In this document: one piece after another, positions 41,242 to 55,369 of the stretch
Position numbering within the stretch: the first letter of the stretch is position 1
Layout of the letters: each line of letters begins with the position of its first letter
Source of the DNA: Octopus vulgaris
Lineage: Eukaryota
Direction: 5' to 3'
Length of the DNA stretch: 64,000 nt
Assembly (NCBI GenBank): GCA_951406725.2
Contig: OX597830.1
Location: 41,354,001-41,418,000, forward strand
Program-made: the position numbers and the translations under genes
The notes under the pieces: generated by a model
Database searches by the model: none
Told to the model about the DNA's origin: nothing
Seen by the model: the letters and a program-made list of their open reading frames with translations, nothing else

Positions 41242-41323
<82 letters not shown>

Positions 41324-41526
41324 CGTGTGTGTGTCTTTCTGTTTGTGTTTGTCCCCAACACCATTTGACAAGTAGTGTTGATGTCTCTGCATCCCTGTGA
41401 CTTAGCAGTTTGGCAAAAGACACCAACAGAATAAGTACCATGCTCAAAAAATAAGTCAATTCATTTGATTAAAAATTCAAGTTGGTGCCCCAGCATGGTC
41501 ACAGTCTAATGAGTGAAACAAGTAAA
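41090..41526 (+). mobile_element. SINE family A with expanded internal (TG)n
   Basis: Matches the consensus. Confidence 0.85.
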
Positions 41527-41759
41527 TGTATACACGCACACATGCACACACATATACACACACACATATATACACACACATGCACACACAACATGTCACC
41601 TTGAGTAAGTTCCTTCTACAATAACCCTGAGCTGTCCTAAACTATGTAAGTGAATTTGGTAGACGGAAATTGTAGGAAGCCCATCATATTATTATTTTTA
41701 TCATTGTGCATTTCACTTGTCAAAACTCTCAATTTCGCTTGCTCTGGCTAATTCTGTTG

Positions 41760-42250
41760 TTAAGGGTCTCACACAGTCTTCTTCCACAATAGTTAACATC
41801 CAAGTACCAATTCTAAAATCCTCGCTGTCCCCAATAAAACAGTTTTCTAAGCATGTTCTCCCTCATGTTCTCCCTCGTGTCAACAGATTCCTCAAACCTT
41901 GTTGTTAATGCTCCCAGTGCTCCACCAACTACTGGGATAATAGATGGGCCCCATGATGGCTGTAGAGTTGTTAATATATGGTTAAGTGTTACATCATCAA
42001 TCATCACATAACTGTCTCACCTGTTTTTTTCACACCTACAACTTCTTGTCTATGTATGCAAGCTCACACTGTCTTGTGTTCCCCATCAGTTGCAGCCAGT
42101 CACCCAAATATAAAGGATGCAAGACTCTGCAATCTTTCATGTTTTCCTCCTGTCATTCACTTCCTATGACAATTTCACTACTGTCATCTTTTTTGTCACT
42201 TCATCTAAATAATACAAGTCTTGCTGACCACAACCGGTGTCCTTGGATCT
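41760..42250 (-). mobile_element. R4/Dong-like (restriction-like endonuclease) LINE 3' fragment
   Basis: The - strand encodes IIPVVGGALGAL...KTVLLGTARIL. Confidence 0.7.
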
Positions 42251-42598
42251 TGCTTTATCTTCTGTGTAAGTGTGTGTGTATGTGTGTGTGCATGAATGCA
42301 TATGTGTAGTGTGTATGTGTTAGTATGTTATTGTTCAGTTTTATTTCAAGATTTCTTGCCAATAGAGAAAGGCTCCTTCATTGGAATTTCATCATCAACA
42401 ACAGGATATTTTTACTTATATGTATGTTTGTGTATGTATATTTGCAGATTTGCAAGTTTTGCATGTATGTATGTATGTATGTATGTATGTATGTATGTAT
42501 GTATGTATGTATGTATGTATAAATGTATAAATGTATGTATGTATATATGTATGTATGCATGTATGCACATATGTATGTATACATGAATGTATGTATCC

Positions 42599-42649
<51 letters not shown>

Positions 42650-43755
42650 TGCATGTATGTATACATATATATATGCATTTTCTTCTGATAAGTTTTTAGT
42701 CAGTAGAGGCTCTGGTCATGCATAAACCTAATTGTGTGATCTGATTCAATGTATGCGTGTATGCACTCACACATAAGTGTGTGTCTGTGTGTGTGTATGT
42801 GAGAGAGAGAGAGAGAGAGAGAGTGTGTGTGTGTGTGTGTAATGAGCACGTGTGCTTCGGTAAGCTCCATCATGAGAAGAAGGTCATAAACAATTATCTC
42901 TAAATGCTAATCCTTGCAATAAAGAAAATGTGCAGTGTTATTATGACAAAAACGATAATCACTGTTTCTCCATCCAAGTCAGGGAAGGAATCAGAGTAAG
43001 AGAAAGATAGAAAGAAAGAGCGAGAGAGAGAAGGGAGAGAGAGAGGGGGAGAGAGAGCAAAAGAGAGAGAGAGAGAAAGAAAGAGAGAAAAGAGAGCAAA
43101 ATGATAAAAATGGAGTAAGATGCATGCAGTAGGAAAAAGATATCTATCTATCTGTAAATGGGGAAAGAGAGAGACACATACATAGTGGAAGATAGGGACA
43201 GAGAGAGCAAGAGAAAGAAAAGTGAGGAGAAAGGGCACATGAAGTGAGAGAATGAGAGAGAGAGAGGAGAAAACAAAGGGAGAAAGCAAGATCTTTAACA
43301 AGATAATTCCAAAGATAGCATTTCCAGAATGACTTGATCGAGTTAATCTAATAACAATAGGCACGATGGATGTTAAGGTGGAACGAGGCAAGAGAAAGTC
43401 GGTGTTTCCACATGTGTTTCGGCTAAGCCATTGCGATAGCTCACCTCTTTATCGTTCCCACCTGATGTTGTTTAATAAACTATGTATCATAACTCATGCC
43501 TTTTGCTGGCTGTGGGTGAGATTGTGTGTGTGTGTTCATGTGCATGTGTGTGTGCATGTGTGTGTGTGTGTGTGTGTGTGTGAGGTTGGTAATGGCAGTG
43601 TCGGTTTATGTGTGTTCGCATGCATACGTGTTCATATAATTGTGTTCAGTTGTTTTTGTATATGTTTGCATATGTGCATAATTATGTGTTTGAGTGTCTG
43701 TTACATATGCTTACATACATGCATATATACATATATACATATATATATATGTAAA

Positions 43756-43786
<31 letters not shown>

Positions 43787-43836
43787 TTTATATATATGTA
43801 GATGTATATGTACATACACGTACATATATATATGTA

Positions 43837-43882
<46 letters not shown>

Positions 43883-43926
43883 TATATATGTAGATGATAT
43901 GTACATACACGTACATATATATATGT

Positions 43927-43977
<51 letters not shown>

Positions 43978-44493
43978 TAAATATATATACATCTGTATGT
44001 ATGTATGTGTTTAGATATACATATATTTACGTGTGTATATATATATATATATATATACATATATATACAAACACACACATAACACATATATACACATGCA
44101 CATACACATATATATGTATGTGTATATATACATGTTATAGGAGCGGGGCTGTATATAGGGGACAGTGGAGGAAGGCTATGTATGTGTTTATGCATGTGTG
44201 TTTGTTTGGGTTTATATGTACATATGTGTATGTTAGAATCTGTGTATATGTCTATGTACATGCATGCATGAAGGTGTATATGGGTGATGTTGGTGTGTGC
44301 ATTCATGTGTGTGTGCATGTATTTGTGTGTGTGTGTAAATATGTGCCAGTTAATACATGTGTGTAAACCTGCATTTGTGTATCTGTGTGCACATATGTAT
44401 GTATGTGTATGCATGTGACATATAATATGCATGCATATTCATTTGGTTATTAGTTTGTGTTTTTGTCTGTATTTTTGTATGTGCATGTATATG

Positions 44494-44538
<45 letters not shown>

Positions 44539-45467
44539 ATATATCAATATGTTTGTGCTTATATACGAGTTGTGTATGCGTGTATGTTTAGATGTGTATA
44601 TAAGTGTCTGTCAGTGTCTATCAATACATAGATATCTGTGTGTGTGTGTGAGCAGGGGTTGTTGTTATTGTTATTGTTGTTGTCGGTGGTGGTGGTGGTT
44701 GTGTGGTCTGTGCATAATACCATATCTTTTCCTCAGGGTTGAATAACCCCCAATTTCCTTCACAAAGACTAATCAACTTTTCCCCCCTTAGAAGTTTACA
44801 CATGTCACCGTCTTTTTTTAATTAACATTAATAGGCTACGTCACTCAGTATTTGCTGATCATTTCACAACGAAATCAAAACTTAATGTCTGGAAACACAA
44901 GAGAAACTTTATTTAATGAGAAATTGCCCGCAATAATCACCCAACTATATTTCAATCAAATTATCGAACATTGATCTTGTTTAACTGAAGCTGTAACAGT
45001 TGATAGAACATTTGGTTCCTATTATTACAATTACTTTAACGAGACATTCTTGACAATGTCAAAGCGACCCTTGCAAGAACATCAACACCAATTGAAGGAG
45101 AAGAAAATTGCAATTTGTAAGAAGGGTAATTATAGTAATTTTATTATATACTCCAAGATGGGCACATGGTTGTTTGATGGAATGGTTTAGGAATTTCACT
45201 TTGCAACCACAAAGTTTAAGATTCGATCTTGGATACCGCAGAAAGGAGTCTTTATATCATAACCTTGGGTTAACACAAGCCTTGGTAGTAAAAACGGGTT
45301 GACAGAAACTGTAAAACCCCATCAGAGGATTTATACATGCAATTCAAAGGCCCAGCTTTTATAGCCTGTGGCCACTCATCCTGGTCCTGGACCTTCCTCT
45401 TCAATAGCTCTTGGTTCTATTCAGATCTCCTCACTTCATTCTCTAGGAAATATTGCCAAGAATTCCT

Positions 45468-45469
<2 letters not shown>

Positions 45470-45532
<63 letters not shown>

Positions 45533-45643
45533 AAGAAGAAGAAGAAGAAGAAGAAGAAGAAGAAGAAGAAGAAGAAGAAGAAGAAGAAGAAGAAGAAGAA
45601 GAAGAAGAAGAAGAAGAAGAAGAAGAAGAAGAAGAAGAAGAAT
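45470..45643. repeat. Compound (AAT)n-(GAA)n microsatellite
   Basis: Two adjacent perfect trinucleotide runs. Confidence 0.95.
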
Positions 45644-46402
45644 GATAATTGAGGCTCAATGTCAGAAATTAGGGAGGTGGGGTTAGTCAATTAACTCAAC
45701 TCCAGTTCATAATTGTTATTTTATTTTATCAGTCACTGAAGGATGAAAGGTAAAGTTGATTTTGGTAAAGTTTTCACTCAGAACATAAAGTTGGTGAACT
45801 GATGGAATCATTAAGTCATTGGGCAAAATATTCTGGCACCTTACATCCTGAGTTCAAATCCTACCAAGGTTGATTCTGCATTTCATTCTTTTGAGGTTAA
45901 TAAAATAAAATGCCAGTCAAGTACTGTGCTCAATGTAATCAACTTGATTCCTCCCATCAAAATTGCTGGCCTTGTGCTAAAATTAGAAATACTTATAACA
46001 ATTAAGAAAAAGAAAATGGTGATGATGATGATGACAGAAATGATAATGAAGATGACAACCATAATGATGACGGCTGCCGTTTTCAGCATTTTGTATATCT
46101 CTGTGTTCTTGAAGGGTAGGCAGTTTTGTCTTTTGGCTTTTGGTAAACCTTGGGTTATAGTAGAAAACACTTATTCATGGTGTGCTATGCTGTGCAATGA
46201 GATTGAACTCAGAATCATGGAAATGTGAAACAAACTCCTTAACCACATAACAGGGTTTGCACCCCACATAAACATGTCCATAAAACTGTAGAGTTGCTTG
46301 AAAATATCATATTTTCTGGTCTACAAGTTAGTTTTCAAACTTAAATCTATAGCAAAAAAAGAAAATAAATCATAGATTAACTTATACACCAAGATAACTT
46401 TA

Positions 46403-46655
46403 ATTAATGTGCCCTTTTAAAGCCTAGCCAGGCTCATGGGCCCGGTTTCCCGGTTTCAATGGCGTATGTGTTCCCCAGCTGGACAGGATGCCAGTCCATT
46501 GCAGCGTTACTCATTTTTGCCAGCTGAGTGAACTGGAGCAACGTGAAATGAAGTGTTTTGCTCAAGAACACAACGCGTCGCCTAGTCCAGGAATCGAAGC
46601 TACAATCTTACGATCATGATGCTGACACCCTAACCACTAAGCCACGTGCCTCCAC
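46403..46655 (-). mobile_element. SINE family D, near full length (tRNA head, CORE-like and V-domain-like segments)
   Basis: The - strand reads GTGGAGGCACGTGGCTTAGTGGTTAG...TTCGATTCC...GTGTTCTTGAGCAAAACACTT...ATGGACTGGCATCCTGTCCAG. Confidence 0.85.
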
Positions 46656-47305
46656 AAGATGACTTTGGATGACCAAAAATTCCATGTGAGATGCTGCAGG
46701 ATTTGGAAAGACGATGACGATGTCTTAACGCTTTCACTACATGTTTGCATTATATATTATGGTGATCAGTATGCTAGAAAATACAGTAGAAATAATTTGA
46801 ACGAGTCATTGGAAGTCCTAAACCTTACAAGTGATAACAATGTGGGTGAAACTTATCTTTATTTCCTTAATAGAAAACATAACTATGAGTGAAATCTTGG
46901 CAGCAATCTATTGATATTAAGATTTAAATGAGTCTGTAAGTAAACTTCAAGATAGTTTTTTGACTTACTAGAGAGAACAACCAAATCCTTCAAAGCCACA
47001 TCCAAGTGACTTAAAAAAGAAAGGACACATAAGAGAGTATAGTGCAGATTGAAGTACACCTGAAAAAAAAAGAAAAAAGACATGATCAGGAGTTGAATGA
47101 CTTCAGGTCTGCTCAGTCAAGACTAACCTAGGGCTAAGCAACAACTAAGATTTAAATTGCTAACTCCCTAAAGTACAACAAATGTTGTTGTTATTGTTAT
47201 TGTTACTGAAGGTTTATGGGAATAATGGACATAGTAGAATCAGGAAATGTGTCCTTCTTTGAAATATGGTACATTCAAATTTAATATGAATAACTACTCC
47301 TCTAT

Positions 47306-47342
<37 letters not shown>

Positions 47343-48128
47343 AGGCAATAATTAAATCGTTCAAAGTTAAGTGCAATTATTAATTAACATTAATAAAAGG
47401 AAATAGTGGAAGTTTGATTTATATAGATGATCAGGTTAATGGAGTGAGAGAAAACATGCAATCCCAGTTGATGACAGATCTACAGATTACTTATCTACTT
47501 GTTGTCTTAATAGAGGAGACAACACCTGATGATGACAATGATGATAGTAATGACAATGCTATCTCCAACACTACTGCTACAGATGATGATGACAATGATG
47601 ATGTTGGTGGTGGTAGTGGTGGTGGTGGTGGTAATTTGTTGGTTGTTGACTCACTGACTGAAATTGTCCCTCCAAATTTAAGAAATTGTAAATGAGATAT
47701 TTTAATGTCTTCTGCTGTTAGATTGTGCAGATATCCATCATACTGCAGTCATCCTGCAGTTACGTTGCAAGGTGTGCAGCGGTTGTACTGAAGCCATGTT
47801 GCAAGTTGTACTACTGTCATGCTACAGGCATACTACTAGCATGCAGCAGTCATGTGACACCAAGCTGCAATCAGGTTGCAGTCCTGCTGCACTAATGATG
47901 CAATCACACTGCGTTCCTTCAACAGAAGTAGATCCTGCACGTAATAATTCAATAAAATTTAGAATTCTCAACCTCTTCTTCTGCAGAGTAAACTCACTGC
48001 ATTTACTCATGTATTTTGTACTGGATTTTAATTGAAAAACCTGGGGTTGTTTATACATGTAACAAAGCTAAAACTATGGTGGAGAAAAAATTTTGTACCA
48101 AGATTTTACACTAAATTAGGGGTGCAGT

Positions 48129-48399
48129 CAGTGCTGGATTTAGGGCAAATGAGACCCTATGCTAGTTAAGTTATAAGGCCCCTTACTTGGACAGTCAGAC
48201 ATACAAGTTCAGGAAATTTAGTAGTAGTTAAGATATTACGTCTTACCAGATCAATCATTATTTTTAAAGACAAGTCTTAGTCAAATTTGCTGGGGCAGGA
48301 ATCTTAATCAAATTTTAGGGGCAGGAAGATGCTCTCTGCCCCTGGTCAATAGAGCCCTGTGCTTAAGCCCACCTGAGCACAATGGTAAATCTGGCACTG
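48129..48399. mobile_element. hAT-type MITE
   Basis: TIR CAGTGCTGGATTTA / TAAATCTGGCACTG; degenerate 8-bp TSD GGTGCAGT / GATGCAGC. Confidence 0.7.
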
Positions 48400-48925
48400 G
48401 ATGCAGCTTATACACGAATAAATATGGTAAATCTTGCAAATGCAAAAGTTCTGTCTCTTGTTCAATTCTTGATTTTAGTAGCATAAGATCATTCACATCC
48501 AATATGGCATGAAGACCACACAGTCTGATTTATCCAGAATTTTCTAAAAAAATCCTATACTCTGTCTGACCCATGCAAGCATAGAAAAGTAGACATTAAG
48601 ACAATAATAAATTCTCTTCAAACATATTAACCAGCAATTTTCAAACTTTTTTAATCCCCATCACACTGAATAAATTGATAAAAGCTTTATGTGGCATTAA
48701 AAGTTTTATATTATAAAGTCGTAAAATTATTTCAAAACTGGGACAGAGACATGTATTGCACTTTGCTGCAAAGAAATGCATGTGCATCAGTGCAGTATAT
48801 TAAAAACATATGAGTATTTTATGTATTTGGATTTTCAAAGGATTTTGGTTACATTGAAACTCAAAATCTAGCAGCACACCTGCAGATCTCTGTGGCTCAT
48901 GGGTGGAAAATGCCTAAATTAAGCA

Positions 48926-49124
48926 TTAACCCTTTCATACCATATTTATTTTGAGACGCTCAGTTATTTCAAATATAACAGAATTTAGTAAAATAACTTA
49001 GTTATTATTCAGCTAGTGTTAGGAACATAAATTGTGACGAAGGTTTAGTGGAAGATTTTAATTCAAAACTTAGGAAAACCAGAGCCAGAGCTGGTTTCAA
49101 CCGGGTTAGTAACAATAGAGTTAA
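48926..49124 (-). mobile_element. piggyBac-type MITE (reverse orientation)
   Basis: TTAA termini; contains GCTAGTGTTAGGAACATAAATTGTGAC, the reverse complement of the 22840 copy. Confidence 0.8.
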
Positions 49125-49298
49125 ACTCTTTTATTTCCTAAAATTTGGATTGAGTTCCTTGCTACCCTCTAATTTTGGATATCCAGTATGAACAGGGGTG
49201 TTAAAAATTTGCTCATTTTAACATTTCTATTAACATAATTTTTTTTAAAAGAGATGGAAGAAGAATTATTGGCACAGCAAATTACTGAGTGACTGTCG

Positions 49299-49336
<38 letters not shown>

Positions 49337-50471
49337 GTCATCATTGTTATCATCATCATCATCATCATCATCTTCATCATAACCATTTAATGCCCACTTT
49401 CCCATACTTGCATGGATCAGATAGAATTTGTTGAGGCAAAACGAACATCCTCCACAATCTCTATTCACCTGGAGGGAAAATGGAAATTCCATCACTCTGC
49501 TATGGCAAAAGGGACCACCGATTTTCTTCATTAAATTAAAACTAGCCCCTGTTACTTCACCAAAGCAAAATGAACAACAATCAATTCACAATGGAAAAAT
49601 GGAACTTCCATTATTTCACTAAGGCAAAATGGACCCTACACACACATACACACACACTCTCTCTCTCTCCCTCCCTCTCTCTCTCTCTCCCTCTCTCTCT
49701 CTCTCCACTTGGGGAAATGCGGCTCCTACCATGGCCTTTCACTCCTTATGGAGCATAGGACATTGATAAGTTTTCTCCACTGTTTTTAACTCTGTAATGT
49801 CTCTTTTGCTTCTGTACAGTTGGATCCTTTATTTTTCTATCTCCCTTCCACCTCTTTTTTGGGTTCTATTTCTACTCATGCTTCAGACATATAATTTCCT
49901 GAAGGAAAGGCCTCCACCTCCCAGGTCCTCTTCGTTTTGACATTATATAAATGCTTCAGTGATTTAGCTTTCTTCTAGACAGAAGTGTTAACCCAACAGG
50001 AATCTGACTTTAACTCTGGGAAGGAGTGGCCCATATTAGTTTGGTCACTAGTCTTTGATTTGTCCAGCATGAAAGGCCCTACCTGCAGCTTGTGCATTAC
50101 ATGTGTGACTCTCTGGGTCAGTATGCTGCAACAAGGACTGGACATTGTAGTGACACCACCATAATTCCACTAAAGTAAGACTGGATACACAGACACACAT
50201 ACACACACAGACACACACGTACACAAACATCAACATGCAAGTGAGATTGTCAGACTTGACAACCTCACTCACATTTTTATAAAGGTATAAATGTCCTCAG
50301 AATGAATGGAACTATTTCAGTAGATTATTTAACAAGATTACAAACGATTAGTTTACCGAGATATTCTTTGATTCAAAGTGAAACACTTGCCTCTTTGCAC
50401 CATTGTGAACATATACACATGCACATACACATACACATACAGATACATGCCAACAGATGCATACCAACACA

Positions 50472-50507
<36 letters not shown>

Positions 50508-50804
50508 TATATAGACACACATTCTACAGTGCATACATATGCACTTACTCAAATGCCCATAAATTTTTTTATCATGTCTACTGCTGCAACACACATACTC
50601 ATAAACACATGCTCACATCTAAAATGCACCTGAAAGCTATCCTCCAACAGCATACCTGTACCTGCATTGATGCACATGTGTTTATACATACCTGAATATA
50701 TACATATATATATGTGTGTGTGTAAATATATACATATATGTGTGTGTGTGTGTGTATGCATATATATATATACACATTGCATATGTATATGTGTGTATAT
50801 ATAC

Positions 50805-50859
<55 letters not shown>

Positions 50860-52004
50860 CATATACATATATACATACATGCATATACATATATACATGT
50901 ACACACACACACATGCGTGCGCGCATACACACACACCAATGCTTATAAATCCCAAAATCCACATCAGAAGATTTGAAGTCTGTAAATTTGTCCTACTTTT
51001 TTTATGTATATTTTTTTCCATAGACTGACTAATCTATTCTCTTTGATAACTGGATTAAAAGCCTTCTGGTGGCAATATTTCCTCCATTCTCTTGTCATTA
51101 GAGGTAACCAGACTATTGGAATGACAAACTTCTGTCCTTTTTAGACTTTTTTTAGTCTTGTTTTGTATATGATTTTGTTCTTTTCTTTTCATTTTTTTTT
51201 ACTTCTTATAAAAACATTTAGGCAAAATATAGTCTTTTGTTTTAAATATTTACAAATATATATTTTTTTGTTTCTGAAGTTGTTGAGTAACTTTCAAAGC
51301 TTTTCTATTTGATGGGAAATGCCATAGAAAAAAAGAGTTCCACAAAAAAGTCAAGAATTAATATAAAACAAAGATTTTCCCATGAGCCTGTGTGATTCAC
51401 TCACAAATCCCAGAGTTTAGTTCTGAGATTTTAATGATATCTACTTTATGAAGATTAACTCTGATCCTGGAGATGATACTAGTCTACATCACATTGAAGC
51501 TTTCCTATCTTTGGAGCCTCCAAGTCCAGTATAAGGAAGATATTCTCAGTCTAGAGAGCTAACATGAATGTTTTTGATTGAATGGACTTTATTAAAAGCA
51601 CCTAAAGGTGTTGAACTGTGTGCCAAATTAAGTTGTTATGCAAAAGAAGTTCCTCCAAGAGTCTTGTCACACAGTTACAGAATTCCAATTGTAAGGCTTT
51701 GATTGACCCAGCATTATGGTAGACTGTACTGGGATTAAACTGAAAACAAACTTTGTAATCATACAGCCGTATCCACTACATAATCCCCAATGGGTATGTG
51801 GAACTCAGAGATATAACATTAAGAACTGCAGATCTAAAAGAAGAGAGAGGAGTGAAGATAGAGAGTGTGAGAGAGGAAGGGAGAAGAGAAAGAGAGAGGG
51901 AAGAAAGGAAGAGAGTAAGAGAGAGAAGGGAAAAGAAAAGAAATACTGAGGTTGAGACAGTGAGAAGAAGACTACATGTATGTAACAGTTATCTGCCCCT
52001 TCCT

Positions 52005-52410
52005 TACAATAATCCATTGTATGCTCTCTTACGCAATAACCCACAGTAATCTCTCTCTTCACAATAATCCACAGCAGATTCCCTCCATAGTAAACCAGTT
52101 TTCTAGTCTCACAATAACCTACTGTCTCCTCCCCTTTACAATAATCCATTGTATTTTCATCCCACAGTAATCTACTGCATAATCTCCCCACAGTAATCCA
52201 TCATATTATCTTCCTGCACAATAATTCCCAGCATGATTCCCAAACAATAATCCACTGTATTCTCATCCACAGTAATCCACTGCACAATCCCCTACACAGT
52301 AATCCATCATATTCTTTTCTTGTACAATAATCCCCTGCATGATTCCCAGACAATAATCTGCTGTATCCTCCCCTCATACAATAATCCCCTGCATACTGCC
52401 CACCACTATT
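52005..52410. repeat. Degenerate minisatellite built on ACA(A/G)TAATCC
   Basis: The motif recurs roughly every 20-30 nt over ~400 nt. Confidence 0.85.
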
Positions 52411-52436
52411 CACACTATATTATATTGTACGCCTTA

Positions 52437-52870
52437 AGGCAGCGAGCTGGCAGAATCGTTAGCACGCCAGCTGAAATGCTTAGCGGTATTTCGTCAGCTG
52501 CTACGTTCTGAGTTCAAATTCCGCCGAGGTTGACTTTACCTTTCATCCTTTCAGGGTCAATTAAATAAGTACCAGTTATACACTTGGGTCGATATAATCA
52601 ACTTAATCCATTTGTTTGTCCTTGTTTGCCCCCTCTGTGTGTAGCCCCTTGTGGGCAGTAAAGAAATCAGAAACATTAGCACGCTGGGCAAAATGCTTAG
52701 TGTTATTTCATCTGTCTTTACATTCTGAGTTCAAATTCCGCCAAGGTTGACTTTGCCTTTCATCCTTTCAGGGTCGATAAATTAAGTACCAGTTGCGTAC
52801 TGGAGGTCAATCTAATTGAGTGACCCCCTCCCCCAAAATTTCAGGCCTTGTACCTAGAGTAGAAAAGAAT
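52437..52870 (+). mobile_element. Dimeric SINE family B
   Basis: Two tandem units; the first retains many CpGs. Confidence 0.88.
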
Positions 52871-53060
52871 ATACTGTATGCATTGTCACTCTGCAAATCA
52901 CTGTATGTCAGTCTATAGTGTATACTTCTCAACATTACTTGAATGCAGACTGTCCAGAAAGTGCTGGGTATTTATATGCTACCCAGATATTCACCAACTA
53001 TACAAGAGTTAAGTACCATCCCAAACTGTGCCACCACCATCATGTTGGGAGACTCTAGAT

Positions 53061-53767
53061 CAGTGGTTCTCGACTGGGGTATGTATGGACCCACACAACA
53101 AAATAGTAAATTGGGGATCCACAATAGTACTTTAAGGGCTCCTGAAAAAATTTTACTTCAGATGTATGTATTGCTATGTATTGCAAGAAAGAGCTAGGTT
53201 TCTTGTCGAACATTTTATATGCTGCAGGAGTGGCTGTGTGGTAAGTAGCTTGCTTACAAACCACATGGTTCCGGGTTCAGTCCCACTGCATGGCACCTTG
53301 GGCAAGTGCCTTCTACTATAGCCTTGGGCCGACCAAAGCCCTGTGAGTGAATTTGGTAGATGGAAACCGAAAGAACCCCATCGTATATATATATATATAT
53401 GTTTGTGTGTCTGTGCTTGTCCCCCCAACATCGCTTGACAACTGATGCTGGTGTGTTTATATCCCCGTAACTAAGCGATTCGGCAAGAAAGACTGATAGA
53501 ATAAGTACTACACTTCCAAAGAATAAGTCCTGGGGTAGATTTGCTCGACTAAAGGCAGTGATCCAGCATGGCTGCGGTCAAATGACTGAAACAAATAAAA
53601 GAATGGTTCAACATACACAAGTCAATGTGTGAAAAAACAAATTAGGAATTTTGAAAGAAGTATCCATAAAACTAGTTTTTAGATATCAAATGGCTATGGG
53701 TGTCCACCAGAATAAAATAGTAATCATAGGGGTCCATAGATAATAAAAAAATAGTTGAGAACCCCTG
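53061..53767. mobile_element. hAT (Charlie-like) MITE with a perfect 8-bp TSD and a nested SINE A (53221-53603)
   Basis: CTCTAGAT|CAGTGGTTCTCGAC...GTTGAGAACCCCTG|CTCTAGAT; the TSD fits the NTCTAGAN Charlie preference. Confidence 0.9.
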
Positions 53768-54635
53768 CTCTAGATTGTATTTTTGACTTGCTAGAAATAG
53801 CAGCTAAATTTCCCTCAACTGATATACTATCACCTTGAAAAAAAGGGAAGAATACATTAGATAATGTAGTGCTAGGATGTAAAGTAATGCAGATCTATTG
53901 TAACGAGGTCTATATTATATAAGGTGTGTATTTTTAATGTGGTAGGATGTAATTTAAGAGATGTCTGGTTGCTATTTCTTGCAGGTCAAGCAACCATATA
54001 GAGGTTCCTGCACTGGTTTGTTTAGTTTGGATCATTAAAATTCTAGAAACTAACCATTGGCTTTATGTGTGAGCCACTGAGGATCATGGGAAATTTTGCT
54101 TTGCTTTTCTTTGTTCCATTTTAATTTTTATTGTTATTTTTATGAGTAATTTTATCACAGTTTTTTTTTAACATCAAATGCTTAAAAGCCTTCAAAACTA
54201 GCCAACAACAGAAAATTATTTGTAAATACTTAAAACTTCAAAAACAAGAATTTCTTTTTTTCTTAATGCTTTTCATGATTAAAAGCAAAAAAAAAAACAA
54301 ACTATATTATAGAACAAGACTAAAAAAAGATCTAAAAACAAAACCAAAAAAAAGCAAAAGCAAAAGTTTGTCATTCCAATAGTTTAGTTACATCAACAAG
54401 CAGAGAGCCAAGAAATTATTGCCACCAAAGGCTTTTAATCCAATTATCAAAGAGAAGAGATTAGTCACTTACTATAGTAGGAAAAAAATGGACATAAAAA
54501 AACAATAAAAGCAGAGAATATTCAAAGAACATACAAATCTCCTGATATGGATTTTGGGATTTATTACCTTAGGTAAAACATACACACATACATACACATA
54601 TATATATATATATATATATGTGCATATATATACCA

Positions 54636-54673
<38 letters not shown>

Positions 54674-54797
54674 GCATATATATATAGATACATATATATA
54701 TAAGTATATATATATGCATATATAGACATATATATATATGTATATATATATACACACACACACATATATATATGTATATATATATAAACATTTATAC

Positions 54798-54832
<35 letters not shown>

Positions 54833-55369
54833 TATATATGCATGTGTGTGTGTGTGTGTTCACGTCTATGTATGTATATATGTGGGTATACATAGTTCGT
54901 TTAGGTCATTAAGCTACCATTTACTTTGTCTTATCCTCTCATTTATCCCCCACCTAACTTTTATCTTACACTTCACAACTAAATCCACAGACTTCCAACA
55001 CACATCTGATCTCTTCAAAGAACAGCCTTACCTGAAACCCCAGTACTCACCTCTTTTCATGGCACACGAACTTCATTTTCCTAATTTTATTATCATTTCA
55101 GTTTTATGTGTCTATGATCAGGAAAAATTAATCTTGGCAAGATTCAATCTCAGTATAAAGAATGATGGTATTCAGGAATCCAGAGATATTATGATTGTAA
55201 GGAAGTGACCCCCACCACCAAAATATCAGGCTTTCTACTTATCTTTTAGCTTTTGTCTTTCACTTGTTTCAGTCATTAGACTTTGGCCATGCTATGGCAC
55301 CGTTGAACAAATCAACTGCGGTACTTATTCTTTTCTCTGTGTACAAGACCGTCGCTACAACCATCCCTC

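Larger units (their letters stand above)
50945..54564. repeat. Long-range inverted repeat: arms ~50945-51438 and ~54031-54564
   Basis: Collinear reverse-complement blocks such as ATAAATCCCAAAATCCACATCAG, TGACTAATCTATTCTCTTTGATAACTGGATTAAAAGCCTT, ACTATTGGAATGACAAACTT and TTTCCCATGA...ATTTTAATGAT. Confidence 0.9.

Noticed and set aside
46560-46655. tRNA gene
   Set aside because: The A/B boxes belong to a SINE head that continues into SINE body; no complete cloverleaf.
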